The notes below the pieces were generated by a model that made no database searches, was not told the origin of the DNA, and saw only the letters and a list, made by a program, of their open reading frames with translations. Positions 1 to 12,480 of a DNA stretch of 55,020 nt are shown piece by piece. The stretch comes from Octopus bimaculoides. Taxonomy: Eukaryota. Location: NCBI RefSeq assembly GCF_001194135.2, contig NC_068982.1:165026327-165081346 (forward strand), given 5' to 3'. The translations under genes and the position numbers were made by a program. Position 1 is the stretch's first letter. The number at the start of each line of letters is the position of its first letter.

Positions 1-92
1 AGATATAATCTGTGGTCCATTCTAAGATCTGTGGTTTTCAGTTCTTCGGATATTTTCATTTTCATAGTATCGTAATTATTAGGTTTCCCTTC

Positions 93-93
<1 letters not shown>

Positions 94-146
<53 letters not shown>
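94..146. repeat. (TTA)n microsatellite
   Basis: Perfect TTA trinucleotide run. Confidence 0.95.
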
Positions 147-287
147 GAGTGAAAGAGCAGTGCATGCCATGAAAGTGACACTGGGGTACAAATACACGAA
201 GCCCAATATACTCATCATGACTACCCGTCTGATAAGGGTACACCAGGCACATGCATCACAACCACATGTGCGCAACATGGTGATCTC

Positions 288-289
<2 letters not shown>
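147..289. mobile_element. Non-coding interspersed repeat fragment between (TTA)n and (TAA)n, possibly a retroelement UTR
   Basis: About 143 bp of complex, GC-richer sequence bounded by oppositely oriented TAA tracts. It resembles an abundant octopus repeat as I recall it; no ORF. Confidence 0.45.

Positions 290-343
<54 letters not shown>
288..343. repeat. (TAA)n microsatellite
   Basis: Perfect TAA run directly upstream of an R4/Dong fragment. Confidence 0.95.
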
Positions 344-1310
344 TTTAACATTTAAATGTCAATGAAATCCTGAAATACATCAGAACAAACAATATCACAG
401 AAACAAATAATTTGATCAAGGCAGCAACTATTGTTGTAGCAGAAACCGTGGGTGTTGATATCAAGAAAAAGAAACATAATGGGAGGGACAACAGAAAACA
501 TCCATGGTAGAAAAGAAGAATCCAGGCAGGAGTAGACATGCTCTCGAAAGAGATCTCTATGTTAGACCGAAAAGAGAAAGGGGAGCTTAAAAGCGAACAA
601 AAATACAGGGCGCTGAAAAAGAAGTATAATATTGAAAGAAAGAGCCTGAAAGTGGTAATGGAGGAACTGAAACAGCACATCGTTGCAAAGAAAGCAAAGA
701 TGGTGAGATACGACCAAAAAATGAAGGGTTACCACCAGAATAGGTTATTCAGAGTAGATCAGAATAGATTCTATAAAGAAATAAATGTACAGAGGAAAAG
801 TTGATACCAGATAACATTGATTGAAAGTCAAAGGTTTTGGAGCGACATCTGTGGACAAAACGGTGAAACCGTATGGCATATTACCAGCAAATGTACGCCA
901 CTAGCCCAGAAGGAATATAAGAGACGCCATGACAATATAGCCTCGCTTGTCCATTGGTCACTCTGCAACAAGTATGGACTTGACAGAGCAAAAAATTGGT
1001 ACGACCACAAACCCAAAAGCATCGTCGAAAATAAAAATGCAAAGATCCTATGGGATTTTATGATTTAGTGCGACCATGAGATAGAGAATAGGAAGCCGGG
1101 CAAAGTCTTAATTGAGAAACAAAACAAAACTATGCTGGATCATAGATATAGCATGCCCAGCAGACAAGAGGGTATGCGATAAGGAAGAAAGAAAAGTTGA
1201 GAGATTTCACAGGTTAGCTTGGGATGTTAAGTAGTTATGATCGATGAAAAAGGTAGCAGTAGTACCAATAATTGTCGGAGCCCTGGGAACAGTGAGAAAA
1301 AATTACTGGC
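344..1310 (+). mobile_element. R4/Dong-clade non-LTR retrotransposon fragment, RT domain deleted (N-terminal region fused to zinc knuckle + RLE endonuclease)
   Basis: Reads NEILKYIRTNNITETNNLIKAA...YHQNRLFRVDQNRFYKEIN...FWSDI, then CGQNGETVWHITSKCTPLAQKEYKRRHDNIA (CxxC-H-C knuckle, RRHD), ILWDF, IIDIACPAD and VPIIVGALG. These are typical R4/Dong RLE motifs. Several stops and frameshifts. Confidence 0.88.
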
Positions 1311-1379
1311 TTTGTGCCAAATTTTAAGCCATTTTTGTTTTGGTTGTTGTTGTTATGGTGGCAAACAGAAAGTATTTTC

Positions 1380-1518
1380 AGCACGTCGCTTAGCGGCTTT
1401 TCTGTCGATAAAATAAGTATCAGTCAAGTACTGGAGTCGATGTAATCGACATATCCCTACCTTCAAAACTGATGGCCTTATGCGAAAATGAGCAAGAGGT
1501 ATTATTATTATTATTATT
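1380..1518 (+). mobile_element. SINE family B fragment (degenerate)
   Basis: gtcgataaaataagtatcagt...actggagtcgatgtaatcgac core shared with the copies at 29391 and 52099; ends in (ATT)n. Confidence 0.7.
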
Positions 1519-2973
1519 GATACTGCTGCTGCTTGTCTTTACCGCCAAATTTTCTTGTTATTTTTCCAACTGTAAATGTTCGAGCTTGTAACGACTTCTC
1601 AAAAATATGGATCGCGCATCCTAGCGCTGCTACAAATGTGACTATATTGGCCCACTTCTGTCAACTAACGTAGCGTAAGCTATGCAAATCTGTTCAACTT
1701 TCTGCTAATATTTACGTATCATTGCTATTATGTTAAACTGTCATATGTCCAAATGGTTTTTTTTCTTATTTGCAATATTTAATTTTGCTTGCAATAGCAG
1801 TTTCTTTTAGTCACGCTATCATATCTCCTGCTGCTTCAGATGATAATTATCAAAATGCAGTAAAACCGCTTCGCATTTTTCAAGAGTGTATTAAGCCCCC
1901 ACAGAGTACAGTTTTGCAAAAAATATTTCTGACTGAAAATATCATACATGCATGAAGTTATGATTTTATGCACCCAACAATGTATCATTAAGCTGAAACT
2001 GTTGCTAATGTAAAAAGAATTGAAATGGTGGAACTATTTTCCCGTTTTCTGAAAAAGCAACGTTTTGGACTTACGACACTTTTGTATAATAACAGCGATA
2101 TGATCTTTGACTTTCTAAGCTTAAAATGTTATGATAACTTCGGCTTTAACAGCAAGCAGAGTTCACTAAATTTGATATTTAACTGAAAATATGTTACTTC
2201 AATTGCAATGTTTTTCACACAAAAGCCTTTAAATTTCAAGCTATCGTATTTTCACTCAGTAAAGTAAACTTAGAACAATTACTCGTCTCATTGATTTGGG
2301 ATCATCTATTTCACTATGAAAGCCTTATAGTACCTTTTGTTCAATTACATGCTTTGTAATTATACTAATTTACAATGAAAATGCTTAGAACAACTTTTGT
2401 TCCTTATCGAGTAAGTTTAAAATTTCTGAGTCTACCACTTACGGTATTTCCTATATTTCCACTGCTAGATAATTAACTACGTAACTCTGAGTTCGTAAAT
2501 ATCATTCAAATAAACTAGTAGGTAAAAGAATTGATGCAGCCGATCGTTCGTATGAAAAAGGTTTTGTTGGAATTATAAATCGAAAATACTAATTAGTAAT
2601 CAAGTACTGCGTAAGTTCAATCTCAAATTGTTAAATAAATTATGCATTTCAGGCAGAAGGGCGTTCATTTAATATATGTACATTGGGGATGAAATAAAAT
2701 ATTTTCGACCCAATTAACCTTTTAAAGCTTTGAATGAAAACAATTCAAAATGAAGCCTGAAAGTCTGTAGTACATTATCTCAAGAGGAATGAATGGTACG
2801 AGTAATCAATATAGAAGTCATTGATTGTTATATATATAAAAGGTTACAGATGTTATTCAAATAAACATAAATTTTCACACACACACGCACACATACTCGC
2901 ACATAAATACACTTTCACATAGACATGCCATCAAAATACATGATTATAAAAGTACTGTCTGTCTATCTATCTG

Positions 2974-3018
<45 letters not shown>

Positions 3019-3021
3019 TTA

Positions 3022-3189
3022 TGGGCGTGGCTGTGTGGTAAGAAGGTTGCTTCCCAATCACATGGTTTCCGGTTCAGTCCAACTGCGTGGAATCTTGGGC
3101 GAGTATCTTCTACTATAGCTTCGGACCGATCAAATCTTTGTGAGTGGATTTAGTAGACGGAAGCTGGAAGAGGCTCGTCGTAAATATAA

Positions 3190-3247
<58 letters not shown>

Positions 3248-3420
3248 TTATGCTTGTGTGTATCTATGTATGTATGTTTGTATGTATGTATATAACTATG
3301 TGCGTATGCTTTTATGTCTGAGTTTGTCCTCCCTCACTGCTTGACAACTGGTGTTGGTGTGTTTACGTCTCCGTAACGTAGCAGCTCCACAAAGGAGACC
3401 GATTGAATAAGTCCTGGAGT
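3022..3420 (+). mobile_element. SINE family A (tRNA-like head, internal TA/TG microsatellite, 3'-truncated body)
   Basis: A-box-like tggctgtgtggt, B-box-like ggttcagtcc, gtgagtggatttagtagacgg core. Homologous to the copy at 47500-47951. Confidence 0.88.
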
Positions 3421-3429
3421 ATTGAATTT

Positions 3430-3830
3430 TCGTCCATGGAAAACCCATTACATGCGGGAGCTAAAACCTGAAAACTTTGACCCGCAGAAGTCCAGAACTA
3501 CAATGAAGTTCAGATCTCACTACATGTGATTTTTACCTGTGGGGTTACACAAAAGAGTTGTACAAGACAAAACTTGGGAACTTGGAGACACGGATTCTGG
3601 AGGTTCTCAATGATATCCCAGACGACGTTCTTGAGAAGGTTGTTCGTTCTATCCCTGGCCGTTTGAGGAAACTGGTTGACGTCACTGGTGCTTACGTTGA
3701 AATATGAAGATATATTTTCATTTTTCCATGCAATAAAGAACAGGTATCATTTGTTTCAATATATTTGTAAAAGGAATGTTAATTTGAATACTAATTTTTA
3801 ACGCCTACTTACTTTTCGCCTACTCTGTAG
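3430..3830 (+). mobile_element. Tc1/mariner-superfamily transposase C-terminal fragment with 3' terminus
   Basis: Reads SDLTTCDFYLWGY...TRILEVLNDIPDDVLEKVVRSIPGRLRKLVDVTGAYVEI*, the PDLxPxDFxLWG type. Ends in a TIR-like ...ctactctg followed by TA. Confidence 0.7.
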
Positions 3831-3975
3831 ATATATACATATTTTCTGATTTCGCAGAAAATTCATCCACACGTATAGAAATGGAATAAAGCGTTAAAAA
3901 TTAGGCAATGAACCGTAATGAACATATATATTCCCAATACTGTATTGATATCTACTATCAGTATCCATATGCATA

Positions 3976-4640
3976 CGGGGTCTGATCAAAAAGTATCGGG
4001 GCTAGTGCAATAAAAAGAAAACTGCAACACATCAATTTGACATTTAACCTTTTTCGAATTAGTCCTCTTCTGAAGCCACAGACTTTTGCCACCGTCGTTT
4101 CCATTGATAAAAAGAATCTTGGAACTCCTTTTATGGAGTAACCTAGACGCATTCCTTTGAATTTCCACGACATCTTGAAATATTGTTCCTTTGAAGTGAG
4201 ATTTGAATTTTCGAAAGACAAAAAAGTCGCAAACAGTGAGATCTCGGGATTATGGTGGTTGTCGGACCTGGGGTGCACGGTGCTTGATCAAACACTGCTG
4301 CAAAACCTGAACTGAATGGGCAGGTGCGTTGTCATAGTGGGGTTACCATTAACTGGACGCATGAAATTATGTCCTTTTTCAACGAGCAGCATCTTGCAAA
4401 CACCGCTCTAACCAGATAGAGCATACTCATGATGTACAGTGCCGTTATAGGCGAAGAAAACTTCACATCGCTTCGACTCATTCGTGCTGTCTTCGGTCTA
4501 GGAAAAGTTAGACTTTTCCTAGCAGTTGTTATAAGCAACGGAAGTGAGCGAGAACGTTATAACTTAGTGAGCATTTGTCACAGAGTTCAAGGCCAATCCG
4601 TTTCGAGCTGCTTCACTCTGCATACTTTGGCTTCGTTACC
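3976..4640 (-). mobile_element. mariner transposase 3' fragment (degenerate)
   Basis: Terminus TA-cggggtctgatcaaaaagtatc. Minus strand reads ...NAPAHS...QVRQPP*SRDLTVCDFFVFRKFKSHFKGTIFQDVVEIQRNA. Confidence 0.8.
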
Positions 4641-4644
4641 ATAG

Positions 4645-4795
4645 CAAAAGTCGCAATATTTTTGCTCGATAAAATCCAAGAGAATGAATGCAACGAAGCA
4701 GCTGCTCGCTATCCCAGTAAACGAGATCCAGGAATGTTGCCATCAATGAAAACGACGCTGGATAATGTGTGGTTCAACAAAATGCCGATTTGATA
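4645..4795 (+). mobile_element. mariner transposase C-terminal fragment, inverted relative to the preceding copy
   Basis: Reads MNATKQLLAIPVNEIQECCHQ*KRRW, the mariner C-terminal helix. DNA aligns to the reverse complement of about 4050-4180. Confidence 0.65.
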
Positions 4796-5098
4796 TGTGT
4801 TGTGGGTTTCTTTTCATACCACCATGGGAAGATTAGATCTTTCCATGTAAGGCTGCTATCTATAATGCTTTTTTAAAGATTTATAAACAGATTTTTAATC
4901 GAAAACTGGTTTGGATCAACAACATTAACATATTACTACCTCACACACATACTCATACGCACTCACTCATACGCACACGTAAACACACGCAAACGCATGT
5001 GTATATACATATTAATACAATATATATATTTGTGTGTGTGTGTGTACATACATAAACATATATATGCATAGCATATATATGTGTACTTTCTGGAACGT

Positions 5099-5161
<63 letters not shown>

Positions 5162-5806
5162 NNNNNNNNNNNNNNNNNNNNNNNNNNNNNNNNNNNNNNN
5201 NNNNNNNNNNNNNNNNNNNNNNNNNNNNNNNNNNNNNNNNNNNNNNNNNNNNNNNNNNNNNNNNNNNNNNNNNNNNNNNNNNNNNNNNNNNNNNNNNNNN
5301 NNNNNNNNNNNNNNNNNNNNNNNNNNNNNNNNNNNNNNNNNNNNNNNNNNNNNNNNNNNNNNNNNNNNNNNNNNNNNNNNNNNNNNNNNNNNNNNNNNNN
5401 NNNNNNNNNNNNNNNNNNNNNNNNNNNNNNNNNNNNNNNNNNNNNNNNNNNNNNNNNNNNNNNNNNNNNNNNNNNNNNNNNNNNNNNNNNNNNNNNNNNN
5501 NNNNNNNNNNNNNNNNNNNNNNNNNNNNNNNNNNNNNNNNNNNNNNNNNNNNNNNNNNNNNNNNNNNNNNNNNNNNNNNNNNNNNNNNNNNNNNNNNNNN
5601 NNNNNNNNNNNNNNNNNNNNNNNNNNNNNNNNNNNNNNNNNNNNNNNNNNNNNNNNNNNNNNNNNNNNNNNNNNNNNNNNNNNNNNNNNNNNNNNNNNNN
5701 NNNNNNNNNNNNNNNNNNNNNNNNNNNNNNNNNNNNNNNNNNNNNNNNNNNNNNNNNNNNNNNNNNNNNNNNNNNNNNNNNNNNNNNNNNNNNNNNNNNN
5801 NNNNNA
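5162..5806. other. Assembly gap (N run) next to (CT)n
   Basis: Ns in sequence. Confidence 0.97.
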
Positions 5807-6349
5807 TATACATATACATACTTACATATATACATATATATACATTATGGTCAGGAAACTTGACCATAATGATAACACCAAAAGATGACCTCCACATGTA
5901 TATTAAACGGTTCTGTTGGTGATAGCTTTCCTTTTGTTTCACATCCAGTTCCTTTTCTGTTCATTCCAGCCTCCGCTGTGCAAGAAGTTTCTAAGACCAA
6001 AACCCGAAATATTAAATCAAAAAGTGTTATTTGTGGTCTTCAGAGTTATTCACATAAATATATCTCAGAATTTATGACTGTGTATTAAATTTTAAAGAAT
6101 CGTGTGAACTACCAGGCTTATTGGATTAGCTTATGAGTTGTATAGTCTTAACGTCATTCTGAGTTTCCGTCTAGCCAGTTTTATTTAGAGGCATGGATCC
6201 AAGCGAGGCTATATTAAAGTACGCTTGTCCAAGCAATCGAATATAAGAGCTAATAATCAATGAGTCACCTTCTTAATCTTTTAGGCCTAGTCCATCTAAT
6301 TATTCACACACAAACAGATGCACACGGAGAAATGTGTGTGTGTGTGTGT

Positions 6350-6390
<41 letters not shown>

Positions 6391-6754
6391 CGTGCGTGTT
6401 ATGGTACATGAATGTTGAAACAATTCCATAAGTATTTGACATTTAGAATATTTACAATACTACAATTTACATCAATAATTTATAAATTTATGGAATTAAC
6501 GTCTAAAAATAAAAGCACTCAATTATTTATGTTTGTAGTTTACAATTCACATATCAACACATATGTCTTCCTGTATTTGATTATGAAATCGTTACATATC
6601 AAACCATGAAGTGTTAGCAATACAAGACTTACAATGGCTAAACACAAATATTTGAAACAGGTAATACTGCCGCATCTTTTCTTACTTTTTGATGATGTGA
6701 TCTGGGTTACGGTTATATGCGATCTTAATTTTATATCTGGCAGCTCCCAGTAAA

Positions 6755-6895
6755 GTCGCATGACCAAGTGTTTAGAGTTTTCGGGTGATCATAAATTTCT
6801 AGGTCCAATTAAAAAACCACAGCTTGCATTTTGTCCTTAAGAAAGGTACTTCATTTCACGTTGTGATAGTCTCCTCAGCCATATAAAACGAGCGG
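6755..6895 (+). mobile_element. SINE family C fragment (degenerate)
   Basis: ttgtccttaagaaaggtacttcatttcacgttg...ctcagc core matches the copies at 12312, 33470 and 36815. Confidence 0.5.
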
Positions 6896-7184
6896 GGTTC
6901 CTGGAGCAGACATTTCTTCCTTCCTACAGTCCTCATTTCTGGATATTTTGTGTGAGGAAGGCCGGAGGATATGTTGGTTAATGTGCGACTACGTAAGCCT
7001 CTAAAACAATTTGCTAAAGTATGGCAAATATTACCAAGTCATATTCACACGCGAGGTCAGGCAGCCATGTGCTGTTCTAGATTGTAGTTCAGAGATGAAA
7101 TTATCGAAGATTCTGCTACTTTGTGGCAGGCTACGGACACTTCTAAAAATATAATATTTATAACAATTGGATGATATATATATA

Positions 7185-7348
7185 TATGACTAACTTTTTC
7201 AGTTTCTGTCTACCAAATCCACTTACAAAGACTTGGTCGGCTTGAGTTTATAGTAAAAGACACTTGCCCAAGGTGAAACGCAGTTGGACTGAACCCGGAA
7301 CCATGTAGTTCAGAAGCAAGCATCTTACCGCACAGTCGCTCCTGCGCC
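7185..7348 (-). mobile_element. SINE family A head
   Basis: Reverse complement of ggcgcaggagcgactgtgcggtaagatgcttgc...gggttcagtcc...ttgggcaagtgtc. Confidence 0.85.
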
Positions 7349-7444
7349 TATATGTCCAATTGTTATAAATTGTAGCTCAAACTTTTCTGCATATCATCCA
7401 ATTGTTTTAAAAATTACATTATGTATAATATATATTACATTATA

Positions 7445-7453
7445 TATAATATA

Positions 7454-7510
<57 letters not shown>

Positions 7511-7715
7511 TGTGTTTGTTTCCCAACATCATTTGACAAACAACCGATGCTGGTGTGTTTACGTCCACGTAACTTAGCGGTTCGGCAAAAGACACCGATA
7601 GAATAAGTACTAGTCTTACAGAGAATAAGTCCTGGGGTCGATTTGCTCGACTAAAGGCGGTGCTCCAGCATGACCGCAGTCAAATGAATGAAACAGGTAA
7701 AAAAAATAAAAGAAT
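7445..7715 (+). mobile_element. SINE family A microsatellite plus 3' body
   Basis: (TA)(TG) tract then caaccgatgctggtgtgtttacgtcc...ggcggtgctccagcatg...gaaacaggtaaaa; nearly identical to the reverse complement of 47500-47690. Confidence 0.88.
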
Positions 7716-9254
7716 ACTATTTCATATGTGTGTCCGTGTATTTTCTATGCGCGCGCGCGCATGTCTGTGTGTGTGTGTGTGTATGTGTGTGTGTGTGTGT
7801 GTGTGTGTTTTGGTGGAATATCACAGAAAGAAATTATGTAACGCAGTTCGTGCTTGGATATCTGCTGAGTGATGATATACTTTGCATTATATAAAATGAT
7901 TTTTTTTTTTTAATCCACAAATAAATGCTGCGTAGTTAGACTGTTTCAGCTAAAACAGCACATAAAACAAATACACTTCAACAAAATTTCTTGAAAATGT
8001 TATTGTTAACGTAAGTTTAATCTTCCCATGACCTCAAATCTACATGACTTAAATTACAGTTGATATATATGACAAAAAAAGTAGTGCCTTTCAACACAGT
8101 GACATGACCAAAGATTGTATTCTGATTCTATATTTACTTGACATGAGAAATATGATGACGTAATTGCCATAAGAAAATAAACTTTCGAAAACATGAGTTA
8201 CCTGTATTCAGTCTTATATTTGACAAAATTTCACTTCATCACAGTCAAATGTTCAGCCCTATCAAAATCCTTCCTACTTACAGATTTTTCAGAAAATACA
8301 TTTCGTCAACTTTATTCTTCATATGTCATATCGTGCTGTAAAAGCTAATACTAGTACTGAAGTCTGAAACAGAATCTTGCTTGTGGCCATAATACTTTAA
8401 TGAATACAAATGCACTAAACTTTTAACTGACAACTGAATGGGTTCTATATTCAGTTGTCAGGATATTTTTGTTAATTCTTCCCTTTATGTTTCTCCCTCT
8501 GTAAATTGGAAAAAATTATGCAATAATGTAATAAATGTGATATTTACATGAAGTGTCTGTTCCCCACCTCTAACTGGATTAATAAAGAAACTAAATAAAA
8601 TCTGAACTTTCATTTTCTTCGTTGATACTAAAAACTGAAATTGGTTTCAGTAGTTTTATGTTTATATTTGTTGAAAGCAAGCTTAATAACTTGCTACATT
8701 GAGTTTATGCCTTACAAAAACGGGAATACATAATATATAAATGGAGTTCATGTATTTATCACGCTGCTAGGAATTGGGGATAGTCATTGTTAGAATGATT
8801 ATCAAGAGAAATATAAAAATTCAGAGACAAAGAAGCAGCAGAATATGAGCAATAAGAATATCTACAGGTTACAGTCAGGTAAGAACATAAATCTTACAAA
8901 TGCAAATACACTCGCCGAACAAAGCATTCTAACTTACCATAAATCGAAACAAAATGATACACAGTAAACCGGATTTAAATCTTTTATCTATCTGTAGGCT
9001 CATGCCCCAACACCAATTATGGCATACACAGTGCAATGGTAGCAACAAGAATAAATCTCTAATTATATCACGCAGGAAACAGAGTAACGGTAGACAAAAT
9101 AGTCAATTTACACGGATGATTTAAATCACCGTATGCATTACTGATTATCCATTGCAAAAAAAAAAAAACTTTAAAAATCTCCAGAAAGAACAAAAAAGAC
9201 GCTAATTGTGAAGTATTTTCCAGATTACAAAGCATATGCTGTATGCAATAATGG

Positions 9255-9370
9255 CTTCAAATATTGGCACACAGCTATCAATTGTAAGGGAGGGATTACG
9301 TTGATTACATGGACCCCAGTGTTTAACCAGTACTTATTTTATCAACCCTGAGAAGATGAAAAGCAAATAA
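9255..9370 (-). mobile_element. SINE family B fragment
   Basis: Reverse complement of ttcatcttctcagggttgataaaataagtactggttaaacactggggtccatgtaatcaac. Confidence 0.65.
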
Positions 9371-12166
9371 TGCCGATAAGCATTTTGTCAGGTATGATGA
9401 CAATTCTGTTACCCCGCTGTCTTCTTAGAACAATAATTCCACTTCCATGAAAATAAGTCTTATGTTGAGCAACAGTAAGACTCGTTTTATATTGCTTAAT
9501 TATTTCTATGTGAATCATCAAGAGACATTCGTCTCATTTTTTTGTCATGGCAGGGCGGCGTTATGTTATATTTTGTAAGCATATGTTGTGGATCATCCGA
9601 CGATTTAAAAAAAATAACTTGTAGTTTACGGTCCCGATTGAGTAACGATAAATAGTTTGTTTCACGATGTTGAAGATGAGAATTCGTTGTTTAAAATGAT
9701 AGTATTTACTTACGAACAAGCTACAAAGCTGCATTGTGATCAAATACGTAAACCTATCTCCATAAATTACCCCTCGTTTATATAAGAGGAAACGCATATT
9801 TCTAAGTCTAAATCGTTGTAAATCATTCGACGATGCAGATAAAATCACTAAGGCAATGATGATAAATTTCGCCTTTCTAAATACGGCTAAAACTGGCGCT
9901 ATAAATCTTATAGTAACTATTACTGACGTTCAGGTTAGACATTGGATATAACGAGATAAAGAGGAAACCGATACGCATTTGCTGAAAATAGTAGCTAAAT
10001 ATCCCTTAAACCGCATATTCCTAGCTTAAAAAGGAAAGAGGACATTGAATAGTAATACGAATTCCCTGAAATTAAATGTCGTATAGTCATGAGTAAGATG
10101 TATGTGAAAACAGGCTATTTCGTATTTCGATCAGAGTTATCGAGGGGCTAAACATAAAGAACAATACAAAGGTACAGCAAGCATTGAAACAGATCAGTGT
10201 CTGGTCGTTATTCCCCGAAAAAAATTAAGAAAAAATCGTTTATTGAAACAATAAATGCTATTTTACGTATCAAGAATTTAAATATTTTTGAAGTCACCTA
10301 TACGTAGAAGGAATGTAATATAAACGATTAAACTCTAATTTATTAAATTAGAGTATGCGGGAAGTATAAGAAAACTGAACAAGCAAAAATCTCAAAGTTT
10401 AACGGGCATACCTTCTAAGGTACAACAATAGATATGAAAGTACAACAATAGATATGAATGCATGTTATCTCATGATATAATGGACATATTATTTCATCAT
10501 ATATTCTTTTATACATTTTACTAGTCTCGGTGATTTTTCAGCAACTATGTCAGACAAGGTCTTAAAACAATTGCATCTGCATCACTACACGCATGCGCAC
10601 GTGCACACACCACATACACATATGCTTGCTTTTCGTTTTTTCGCCTTTACTTGTTTCGGTCATTGGATTGGGCCAAGGTGGTGCACTTCCTTGAAGGGTT
10701 TCGTTAATCGACAGCACTACTTATTTTTTCAAAGCTTGGTACTTATTATATCGGTCTCTTTTCATGAACCGCTAAATTTCAGTGATGTGAACAAAACATG
10801 ACCGACTGTTAAGCGACTGTAGTGAACAACGATAAACACAGAGGCACACACACACAGCGATACATACATACATACATACATACACACATACATACATACA
10901 TACATACATAAAACACACACACACACGCACATAGATATATAAATACACATGCATGCATATATACAGAAACACATGTACACACATATGTACACATATGTAT
11001 GGTGTGTCTATATAGAGATAGACAGATACACACAAACACATGCGCGTGCGCACACACTCATTCCCACATATACTCACACACACACACATATATATTTTCC
11101 CGAGTAATTACATAAAACTCTACATACTCTTTTTAATTCATATGTTCAACTATCTTTTTTATCTATTCATGGAAGTCATATTAGTATACCATATGCAGAT
11201 TTCCATATACGTTCTCCAGAAGCCGAAGAACTTTGACAAATAATAAAAGAAAACATAAAGTTCCTGACAAGTGCTTTGCAGCAGAAATTAAGATTTCTCA
11301 ATATGTTTACAAATATATATATATCTGAAAACGCACATTTATCTAATAGCAGTATACTAACTTACATAAACGTAACACAGAAAGCAAAAATGTCTCTTTT
11401 TCATTTTGGTTTGTTTTTTGACATTTGAAAATTGATACGCTGTCATCTGTTGGAATGCTGTACCACATAAGCAAAAACAGTATTTTATATAAAGGAGAGA
11501 AATATTATATTAAGAATACACATTAATAAATATATCCATCCCTGGGATATTATAAAAGTAAATGATGTACCATTGAATAAATGTAGGAGAAACAAATAAT
11601 GTATGACTATCAAGAAATGTTCGTACAAATTCGGGAGAGTGAAACCTGTCAACTGATCTAGGCATCAAGAATTTGTGAGACGACATACCGCACAAAAGAC
11701 AGGGTTAAGAAATATAGGCAAAATGTTTGCTTGTCATCACAGGAACAATTGTCATCTTTGGCTGCTCTTAGTAGAAAGATATGTTTCTTAAGAAGGGAAA
11801 TTCGAGCGTTATTCAATAGAAGAGTTGAGGAGTGAAACTGCATTTCAATTACTAAAGAGCAAAATGTTTGACTGCTGGTGTATGTGTTCATAAGATAACT
11901 AAATCGCCATATCTTAGTAGGAGGTAACCGTTAGAAGAGCAATGATATACTATGATATAGTGACAAACGGCACGCAGATATTCTCGAATTCCTATGAAAA
12001 ATCACTCGTTTTATAAGCTTGTCTTCTTTGCCGAAATCTTAACACAAGCAATAAGACAGAGAATAGCCGAAATGAATCAACAACTTGGCATTTAGTTTCA
12101 GAGTCATTCATTTTCATATGCCCTTCGTTGTTTATATATATTATATATATTTACTGGATCTATTTA

Positions 12167-12205
<39 letters not shown>

Positions 12206-12311
12206 TGTGTGTGCATTTTGGAGGCCTGTCGCTTAGATTAGAGTATTTAGATTACAGTAGATTACAGTAGATTACAGTAATTATAACGTGAACAATATTA
12301 CGACACTCAAT

Positions 12312-12480
12312 TATAAGCTTGTGGTTTCAATTCCTTCATCGGTCAATGAGTCGTGTTCATGAGCAAAATATTTAATTTCGCGTTGGTCCAGACCACTCGG
12401 CTGGTAAAGTCACATCTAGGAGATTATAATATATACACCACAATCCGAAAACCGGCCTTTTGGGAATATGACCTTTGAAG
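12312..12480 (+). mobile_element. SINE family C fragment, 5' head missing
   Basis: tcgtgttcatgagcaaaatatttaatttcgcgttggtccagaccactcggctgg core. Confidence 0.55.

Noticed and set aside
1770-1955. 61-aa ORF that looks like a signal peptide (QYLILLAIAVSFSHA...)
   Set aside because: Starts at TTG, the upstream ATG is out of frame, and there is no recognisable domain or splice support. Hydrophobicity is expected from T-rich DNA.
4953-5942. Long ORFs spanning N gaps (also at 16.3-16.7, 18.6-19.3, 19.7-20.4 and 39.9-40.6 kb)
   Set aside because: Open only because Ns and flanking dinucleotide repeats contain no stop codons.
10420-10458. 20-bp tandem duplication gtacaacaatagatatgaa(a)
   Set aside because: Two-unit local slippage duplication with no further structure.
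11510-11891. Two short minus-strand ORFs and a faint GE(K)P-like resemblance to C2H2 linkers
   Set aside because: No CxxC...HxxxH spacing in any frame; similarity is too weak.
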